Source of the DNA: an uncultured Oscillospiraceae bacterium
Lineage (GTDB): Bacteria; Bacillota; Clostridia; Oscillospirales; Oscillospiraceae
DNA length: 33,318 bases
Direction: 5' to 3'
NCBI GenBank assembly: GCA_900769835.1
Contig: CAAGIE010000064.1
Span: forward strand, 1-33,318
The position numbers and the translations under genes were made by a program. This document shows positions 28,401-33,318 of this stretch, piece by piece; position 1 is the stretch's first letter; each line of letters starts with the position of its first letter. The notes below the pieces were generated by a model that saw only the letters and a list, made by a program, of their open reading frames with translations, was not told the origin of the DNA and searched no databases.

Positions 28401-28725
28401 TGGCAACGACGGCAGAACCAAGTTCATTTTCTACACCCGTGGCTATCTGAACTCCATTTTCGGCTATGTTACCGATGAGAGTTCCTGGAACTCCAGAAAC
28501 ATGCGGGCAAACCACTACCTCACCGGTTATGTTTACCCCAAACTGGTCACCAACTCTCTCAATGCGGCAAAGGCCTATCCCAATCTGAAATCGCCCATCG
28601 CATTCTCGTCCTACTGTACAAAGCCGGACGATAAGGGCGTGTCCTGGCAGGGCACCACAACCGTGTCCTTCAGCGCATCCGGCATCAGTTGGAATAAGCA
28701 GCAAACCAGTAGTATTTACCCCTAA
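22483..28725 (+). CDS. Giant secreted protein B, paralogue of A: three GLUG-like modules plus metallo-beta-lactamase-fold hydrolase
   Basis: AAAGGGG RBS before ATG at 22483 (MQKKIHRLL signal peptide); IDGG, THDHADH, EAGD and HHG motifs; 2080 aa. Confidence 0.88.
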   Translation: MQKKIHRLLSALLVLAMAVSMTPAISLPANAAETTQTTNKNAVWEYIYDISAYRSATENHVVNNDSDLSMTVYSDYPAKDGYVFAGWYTSPANTTPLSAEVTAGGAFAKFVPEELMKAVAQVSTTTDYETENSAIRFVAAVESLDYAQVGFMLNRAGSSRTYTHASNQVYTKLSAAVAGGVLTPTYFHSTATNMFALTLSGIKNQSANYTATPFWITLDGTKVDHIPTAQKTVKMGVDANMAAGLTLPPVVDTVTETTAWYDENKTEFVLSTLGEFKGFVTLSQTNTFEGKTIKLATDIVWNEGDASQWGTTPPANVWTPIGDGSNGFQGVFDGQGHTISGLYAKNGGYAAFVARLYGATSAVKNIRVVNSYFESDGTADAFHNAASIVGRANNGFTVSGIYTDAYFKGVKAVGIVGFCDSGASTITNCWFDGTIDVTGATNVGGIIANYANNLTATITNCLFTGTMVGTASGSSYVGGLVGIGPWSTAIKATNCLSAGDMTGVTGGVTGSVIGNNPGGNKSTYTKVYATNETHTNLKGAGGATFPVTAVAEADILGANAATVLSGLGFVGYWDTRTNDVPKLVMADTTWYDANKTEFVLYTAAQLYGLSILAETYDFKGKTIKLGADIVLNEGDAKTWAQNAPANMWNPIGRSDVSLDFEGTFDGQGHTISGLYYDSALYGGGLFAVTGTSAVIKNLKLTNSYIRSTHNNKWSATGSIAAFVNGTGFYNVYSDAIIDTNSAYTGGLGGRSQGTGSTVENCEFAGTINGTTANAIYIGGIFGGFNTNVVGTTNFKNNKFSGSVTGDNCVGGLAGFTDGTAGSVVTVDGFTYTGEVTATNTSNASLVGGVFGLTQTTNVTIKNTTVSGVVNAPLGIAGGLVGRVTTAPSVTIENSVFDGTLNGGTKLGGFVGQAQATTVKNIAVTIRNSTFSGAINSTSTGESTSAGLIASVNMSNTGTVTIELKDCLTEGSVIAAGPYAAGAIAQIMNVEGITVKVDGVISTADVQCSVSNVGGIIARVMGVNPSISVQNCLSKATFTADTWCTSQIIAHAQNNAAKMNNNFFVKTAYSADKGIESNGGNVTNAPVAVSEAVLNYLIDLYKSGMRPDYDGFEDSGYLIKDAQDLYGFNVYNEVKGFSGKTAKLAADITVNTGDASTWMLNAPAYNWRPVGALTGAGKFAGTFDGQGYTISGIYCAYPGGNSMGLFREVTGKVANFRLVNSYFKNTVESNYGYNAAIVAYLNGGTVSGIYTDAYVNTVDSYAGGIVGMVGGTAATIAECEFDGLLMAQCTLSGACPGTTDTGLRSHAKYVGGIAGANLATTLTIRDCIYSGKVMNECTAAHRTGGILGGAPQSGTGITITACLTVGEFSTLKHNKNNYTNFNMLMDCRGEKEGTSSVTTRPTNVSTLYADNYVLYQRLYNEYNVALQTGSSYIAGANSANVSGTRYNMTTLINKIAEQMKDGTSPLDFVTVWSYKKDTLPVLRIFDTDRIANPYYITVDGTQILCLEMTGETYAQYKDAKLKETLLEGQTNDNGWQLYALAYEYYDAITFKDVDYGENAYITKYNNTTLSDYTWYIGQMEDYGFRVVASNVVNTDDAYYTALTYNNHSYSVTYFANTGETYVTASNEMKFSPFMAEDYYKTADDKDPAKQTYSDITVTMVELSDGGMCQIIRLKNGHYIVIDGGTGTTAAGATVNGTTYTEAAKDRAELAAALGASATAYTNGDKNNPQVIVDAWIFTHDHADHVGWLRGGVYGAMQVDVYIKGFYYNFTDDFRVDAEFEIGGNTVQGYGNIAYAYQDNKGANGSNRYYKGSLDNGPFWVEYSATHKLANNVNTPSWGTKGIPIYRLQAGQKYYFDGVTMEVPYTQDQAQPSEYRMDINGSCAWLLFTDDHGNTYLEAGDTETWNQDAVIKLYDDYYDGGSGPNYALFGADLVNAFHHGLNLEVNGKDNHTRLNILFGIQNSNGNPATANTATNGNDGRTKFIFYTRGYLNSIFGYVTDESSWNSRNMRANHYLTGYVYPKLVTNSLNAAKAYPNLKSPIAFSSYCTKPDDKGVSWQGTTTVSFSASGISWNKQQTSSIYP

Positions 28726-28731
28726 GCAAGA

Positions 28732-28765
28732 ACCCCCGGCTACCTGCGTAGCCGGGGGTGTTTTT
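28732..28765 (+). terminator. Rho-independent terminator
   Basis: ACCCCCGGCTAC-CTGC-GTAGCCGGGGGT followed by GTTTTT. Confidence 0.88.
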
Positions 28766-28788
28766 GTGCAAAAAGCATAAGATAATAA

Positions 28789-28817
28789 TTGACTAAGCCG
28801 CCGGATTATATTATACT
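28789..28817 (+). promoter_or_regulatory. Sigma-A promoter of the lipoprotein pair
   Basis: TTGACT, 17 nt, TATACT. Confidence 0.75.
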
Positions 28818-28866
28818 GACAGAGTACGAATACCAACCCCAAAGACGATGAAAATGAGGTTAGAGA

Positions 28867-30363
28867 ATGCATACATCCCGCAAAATTTTAGCAGTTCTTT
28901 TGGCGATTTTGATGCTGGCAACGGTATTTGCCGGTTGCGCCAAAAAGGAAGAAGAAAAAGAAACCGAGCCTGAAGCAACCGTAAAGGAAGTAAAATACGG
29001 CGAGGATGGCGAGATCCCCTGTCTGGAACTGGTGTCTGCCACCTTTGCCACCTCCGATGTGGTAGAGTGGGAATTTACAGAGATCGCCTATGATGCCGAC
29101 GCCGGCTGGCCCTACGGCATTGCTGAGAAGCTCGTTGCCCAGGAAGATGCCCCCATTGTCAACTGGTATATGGGCGATGGCGTGTATGTAACGAAGTACG
29201 AAAAGCCGGCCAATACAGACTATGAGCTGCTGGTCAGCGAAATGGTAAAGGCCGGTTATGAGATCTATTCCGAAGGTTCTTTAAACCGGGGCGATGTGTA
29301 CTACACTCTGCTGACCTATAAGACGTTTGTTTACCATATCACCTATTGCCTGAGTGCCCGTGAAATGTATGTGGCGGCATCCGGTGAGCGCCCCTTGTCC
29401 CCCTATCTGCTGGAGGACAATGCCAGCACCCGGAGCCAGGCTGTTGAGGGTCTGGAAACGACTCTGAATATGCTCACCTGGCAGACCAGCGGCGGTGATA
29501 ACTATATCATTCAACTCAAGAACGGCAACTTCATTCTCTTCGACGGTGGTGCCCACGATATGTACGCCCAGGCACTGGATTTTATGGAGGCCAATACCCC
29601 CGCAGGCCAGACCCCCGTTGTGGAAGCCTGGTTCATCACCCACGGCCATTATGACCACGTAGGCTGGACACGGGCATATCTCTACACCAATGAGCAAAAC
29701 AACGGTCTGTTTGGCGGCGACCTGAATGACCGTGTCCGCGTCAATGGCATCTACTATAATATGCCGGATGAGTATATTCTGGAGCATACCATCTACGGCT
29801 GGCGTGGAGACGGCTACCGCAATAAGACCGAGAATATCTGGGCATACCGGGTGCAGCAGGCGGCAGAGAAAATGCTCACAGCAGACGGTCAGCAGACTCC
29901 CATCTACCGCCCCCAGACCGGCCAGACCTTCTACTTTAAGGATCTGACTGTGGAAGTGCCCTACACCCAGGAGCACATCACTTTTGTTGATTACCAGATG
30001 GATATTAACGCATCGTCTACCTGGTATCTGATTCGTGCTGAGGGCAAGACCTTCCTGGATGCCGGCGATACGGAGAATGTAAATCTGGCGCAGGTGGAAT
30101 TTATGTACACCGGTGACTACGAGATCTATCGTCCCAGCATTATGTCCGCGTTCCACCACGGTCACAATATTTACAGTGATTATATCGATAAGTTCAATTC
30201 TCCCATCGTGTTCTATACCAGCAGGACCATGTTCTCCTGGGCATCCGAGTACACCCAGGCCAATAAGGATATGCTGGCACAGCCCGGCACTACCTACTAT
30301 TGCTACGGTGACGGCGCTTATCGTTACACATTCTCTACCGGCGAGGTTACAGAAATACGATGA
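28867..30363 (+). CDS. Lipoprotein C, metallo-beta-lactamase-fold hydrolase (ComEC/Pce-like)
   Basis: Lipobox FAG-C; FDGG, THGHYDH, DAGD and HHG motifs; homologous to the C-termini of A and B. Confidence 0.88.
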   Translation: MHTSRKILAVLLAILMLATVFAGCAKKEEEKETEPEATVKEVKYGEDGEIPCLELVSATFATSDVVEWEFTEIAYDADAGWPYGIAEKLVAQEDAPIVNWYMGDGVYVTKYEKPANTDYELLVSEMVKAGYEIYSEGSLNRGDVYYTLLTYKTFVYHITYCLSAREMYVAASGERPLSPYLLEDNASTRSQAVEGLETTLNMLTWQTSGGDNYIIQLKNGNFILFDGGAHDMYAQALDFMEANTPAGQTPVVEAWFITHGHYDHVGWTRAYLYTNEQNNGLFGGDLNDRVRVNGIYYNMPDEYILEHTIYGWRGDGYRNKTENIWAYRVQQAAEKMLTADGQQTPIYRPQTGQTFYFKDLTVEVPYTQEHITFVDYQMDINASSTWYLIRAEGKTFLDAGDTENVNLAQVEFMYTGDYEIYRPSIMSAFHHGHNIYSDYIDKFNSPIVFYTSRTMFSWASEYTQANKDMLAQPGTTYYCYGDGAYRYTFSTGEVTEIR

Positions 30364-31880
30364 AAAAATGGATGAAAATTCTTTGCCCGGTGTTGGCAGT
30401 TCTGGTGGCGGCATCCGCTGTTACCATTGCGCTGACCCGGTGCAAGCGGGAAGAAGAAAGAGAGATCATCTGGGTCAATTACGGTGAGAGCAAGGACATT
30501 CCTTGTCTGCAGATCCCCGATGCGGAATTTGCCACCACCGATGATTTCCGCTATATTTTGCGAAAAGCCAATAAAGTGGGCATCTCCTCCGACTGGGGCT
30601 ACCTGGAAAAGAAGATCCGCCAGGAGGATAAAGCCATTGAGGGTCGCTACTATGGCGGCGGTGTATACCTGACTCGCTATGTGGATATGACCCTGGAGCG
30701 GTACAATAGCTTCGTGGGGGATATGGAGAGCCAGGGCTTTGCAGTGCTGGCGCAGAGTAGCCTTGCGGACAATGTGTATACCACCTCCCTGACCTATAAG
30801 GAGTGCAACTACACCGTTACTTATTTTGCTCAAACCAAGACCATCGATGTGACTGCATCCGAGGAAAACCATTTGTCCCCCCTCCTGCAAAAGGAAAACG
30901 CCAGCACAAAAGACGGGGCAGTGGAGGGCTTTTCCACCACTATGACCACCTGGGCGCACCGGGATAATGGCATTACCTATGTGTTCCAGCTGCCTAACGG
31001 TCACTATGTCATCAGTGGCGGCGGCGTTTTATGGGATTTCCCCAACCTCCTGGCCTACCTGGAAGAACACGCCCCGGAGGGTGAGACCCCCGTGGTGGAA
31101 GCCTGGTTCATCGATAGCGGCAACTATGACCTTTGCAACTGGATCATGGGCTTTGTAGGCACTGACAGAGATCTGAAATATTTCCCGGATCTGATCGAAA
31201 ATCCTGCAAAGGACCGCCTGGCGATCAACGGTCTGTATTATAATATGCCGGGCGCAGACGTGATCGACTCCACGGCGTACACCACCCACGAAAAAGATGG
31301 CGAAACCTATTACAGCAAGACCACCAACAGCTGGCCTACGAAAATCACCCAGGCGGCAACCTGTATGCTGACCGAGGACGGCCAGGTGACCCCCCTCTAC
31401 CGGCCTATGAGCGGCCAGGTGTACTACTTCAACGGCGGTCTGACTGTGGAAGTGCCTATGAGCCAGGAGCAGATGGATCTGTCTGAGTATGAACTGGAGT
31501 TCAAGGTGTCCAGTAACGGTCTTATCTTCCGCTATGGCGAAACCGCTTTCTTCGATATGGGCTATATGTGCGAGAAGAACCAGGATCGTATGGTGGAGCT
31601 TTGCGGCGAGGAATACTTTGCAGATGTGGATATGCTGGGCGTATCCTACCGTGGCGGCCGTATGTACGAAAAGTACCGGGACGTGTTCACCGGTAGCCTG
31701 GTGATCTACGCCACTACGAAGCCTCACCAGCTGTCCGGCGAGTCTGCAAACGTCTATAACCACTACCTGGAAAAAGAGGGCGTGGAAGTCTACACCTATG
31801 CCGACGGCACGTTGTGCTACAACTTCACCACCGGCGAGAAGACCGTAGAGCCTGCTGTGCAGGAACGTCCCTGGAGATAA
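30360..31880 (+). CDS. Membrane-anchored or exported protein D, degenerate metallo-beta-lactamase-fold paralogue
   Basis: N-terminal hydrophobic segment ending LTR-C; colinear with C, but motifs read SGGG, DSGNYDL, DMGY and YRG; ATGA-coupled to C. Confidence 0.82.
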   Translation: MKKWMKILCPVLAVLVAASAVTIALTRCKREEEREIIWVNYGESKDIPCLQIPDAEFATTDDFRYILRKANKVGISSDWGYLEKKIRQEDKAIEGRYYGGGVYLTRYVDMTLERYNSFVGDMESQGFAVLAQSSLADNVYTTSLTYKECNYTVTYFAQTKTIDVTASEENHLSPLLQKENASTKDGAVEGFSTTMTTWAHRDNGITYVFQLPNGHYVISGGGVLWDFPNLLAYLEEHAPEGETPVVEAWFIDSGNYDLCNWIMGFVGTDRDLKYFPDLIENPAKDRLAINGLYYNMPGADVIDSTAYTTHEKDGETYYSKTTNSWPTKITQAATCMLTEDGQVTPLYRPMSGQVYYFNGGLTVEVPMSQEQMDLSEYELEFKVSSNGLIFRYGETAFFDMGYMCEKNQDRMVELCGEEYFADVDMLGVSYRGGRMYEKYRDVFTGSLVIYATTKPHQLSGESANVYNHYLEKEGVEVYTYADGTLCYNFTTGEKTVEPAVQERPWR

Positions 31881-31886
31881 TTACTA

Positions 31887-31920
31887 AAACCCCCGAAACC
31901 GCAAGTGGTTTCGGGGGTTT
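31887..31920 (+). terminator. Rho-independent terminator
   Basis: AAACCCCCGAAACC-GCAAGT-GGTTTCGGGGGTTT. Confidence 0.85.
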
Positions 31921-32043
31921 CCTTGTAGGTAATATTGCACAAAAACTGCCCTGATTTTTGACAAATCGTACACTGCGGCAGTACCTTTGTCCACCGCCTG
32001 CGGAAAAAATTATGCCATATTGTGTGTTTTGCGAAAATAGTCA

Positions 32044-32072
32044 TTGAAATATACAAATGTTTCGTGTATAAT
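32044..32072 (+). promoter_or_regulatory. Sigma-A promoter of the EF-G paralogue
   Basis: TTGAAA, 17 nt, TATAAT. Confidence 0.78.
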
Positions 32073-32147
32073 GATCGTAATGTGGCGTGAGCCACGGTAA
32101 CGTAACTGTGGAGGGCGGAGACCTTCCCGAAAGGAGAACACAAAACC

Positions 32148-33318
32148 ATGTATACTGCAAACTCTATCCGTAATATCTGTCTGCTGGGTCACAGCGGCAG
32201 CGGCAAGACCGCGCTGGCTGAGAGCCTGCTGTTTATGACCGGTGCCATCGACCGTATGGGCAAAAATGCCGACGGCAACACCGTCAGCGACTACGATCCC
32301 GAAGAGATCCGTCGTAATATTTCCATTTCCACTTCTGTGATCCCCCTGGTCTACAACAACACCAAGATCAACCTGCTGGACACCCCCGGCGGTTTCGATT
32401 TTTCCGGCGCCGTGATGGAAGCCCTCCGTGCCGCGGATGCCGCGATCATCGTCTGCTCCGCTAAGGACGGCGTCACCGTTGGCGTGGAGAAGGCATGGAA
32501 GTATTGCGCAGACCGCAATATGCCCTGCTTCATCTACATCTCCAAGGTCGACGAAGACAACTCCGACTATAATGCCACCTTCGACGCTCTCCGTGAGAAG
32601 TACGGCAACAAGGTCGCTCCCGTGGTCGTTCCCATTTGGGACGGCAACCGTAAGGTCACCGGCATCATCGACGTGCTCAATAAGCGCGCATACGAGATGC
32701 AGAACCTCAAGCGCGTGGAGATCGAAATTCCCGAGGGTAAGGAAGAGGTTATCACCGAGTTCAACGATGCTCTGAAGGAGTCTGTTGCAGAAACCAGCGA
32801 AGAGTTTATGGATAAGTTCTTCGGCGGTGAGGACTTCACCTACGCTGAAATGATCAAGGGTATGCATAAGGGCGTTCTGGATCGTACTATGATCCCCGTT
32901 CTCTGCGGCTCCGGCGTCAACTGCATGGGCAGCCTGATGCTGATGGACCACATCATTGATCTGTTCCCCAACCCCATCGAGGGTAACTACCACAAGGCAA
33001 CTCTGGCCGACGGCACCACCGAGGAGTTCGTGGTATCTCCCGGCGGCGTTCCCTCCGCATTCGTGTGGAAGACCGTTTCCGACCAGTACGGCAAGTATTC
33101 CTACATCAAGGTTCTGTCCGGCGAGATCACCTCTGACACCACGCTGGTCAACGCCCGTACCGGTGAGACCGAGAAGCTGGGCCGTCTGTACACCATGTGC
33201 GGCAAGAAGAACACGGAGGTCAAGAAGCTGACCTGCGGTGACATTGGCGCCATCGGCAAGATGGACAAGGTCAAGACCGGCGATACCCTGTGCGATCCCA
33301 GAAAGGTCGTTTCTCTGA
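32148..33318 (+). CDS. fusA: Elongation factor G-like protein (EF-G2 type), 5' part (runs off the window)
   Basis: AAAGGAG RBS; manual translation MYTANSIRNICLLGHSGSGKT...DYDPEE...DTPGGFDF...SKVD...GDIGAIGK; open to the window end; not next to rpsL-rpsG, so a paralogue. Confidence 0.9.
   Translation, partial: MYTANSIRNICLLGHSGSGKTALAESLLFMTGAIDRMGKNADGNTVSDYDPEEIRRNISISTSVIPLVYNNTKINLLDTPGGFDFSGAVMEALRAADAAIIVCSAKDGVTVGVEKAWKYCADRNMPCFIYISKVDEDNSDYNATFDALREKYGNKVAPVVVPIWDGNRKVTGIIDVLNKRAYEMQNLKRVEIEIPEGKEEVITEFNDALKESVAETSEEFMDKFFGGEDFTYAEMIKGMHKGVLDRTMIPVLCGSGVNCMGSLMLMDHIIDLFPNPIEGNYHKATLADGTTEEFVVSPGGVPSAFVWKTVSDQYGKYSYIKVLSGEITSDTTLVNARTGETEKLGRLYTMCGKKNTEVKKLTCGDIGAIGKMDKVKTGDTLCDPRKVVSL

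Noticed and set aside
15151..28872. 4573-aa antisense ORF spanning both giant genes
   Set aside because: It mirrors the codon frame of A, the small peptide and B, which all share one frame. It stays open because these genes avoid TTA/CTA/TCA codons. It has no recognisable motifs and crosses terminators and promoters. Staying open through the two spacers is somewhat lucky but is not evidence of coding.
20860..30363. Calling the MBL-fold proteins antibiotic-resistance beta-lactamases or true ComEC
   Set aside because: HxHxDH is shared across the whole superfamily, there is no multi-pass competence membrane domain, and the substrate cannot be read from sequence.
32010..32993. 327-aa minus-strand ORF and similar shadow ORFs (1560-2528, 4721-6235, 7355-8542, 13529-14929, 29281-30414)
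   Set aside because: They lie antisense to well-supported genes, have no motifs, and are explained by GC and codon bias.
1..33318. CRISPR array, tRNA/rRNA, IS element or diversity-generating retroelement
   Set aside because: I saw no regularly spaced repeats, RNA gene signatures, transposase or reverse transcriptase; the repeats present are protein-module paralogy.

Overview
The window looks like chromosomal DNA of a GC-rich Clostridia member, probably Oscillospiraceae-like (inferred from gene style only). The left end carries the rplU-prp-rpmA ribosomal operon on the minus strand, with a sigma-A promoter and a probable L21 leader. Divergent from it, 1055-14944 holds a compact, apparently intact ~13.9 kb siphophage-type morphogenesis and lysis operon: TerS, TerL, portal, scaffold, capsid, neck, tail tube, chaperones, a very short tape measure, baseplate and fibre genes, amidase and holins. 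I found no integrase, repressor, replication genes or att sites. The operon has its own host-type promoter and a closing hairpin, its TerS appears to lack the DNA-binding head, and its tape measure is minimised. This architecture fits a domesticated gene-transfer-agent (GTA)-like element and is the main finding. 15181-31880 is an array of four paralogous exported metallo-beta-lactamase-fold (ComEC/Pce-like) proteins: two giant ones with GLUG-like repeat modules, one lipoprotein and one that has lost its metal ligands. An unannotated 44-aa YxxP-motif peptide sits between the two giants. The right end is the 5' part of a non-canonical EF-G paralogue. All product calls come from motif recognition and gene order; no database searches were run.
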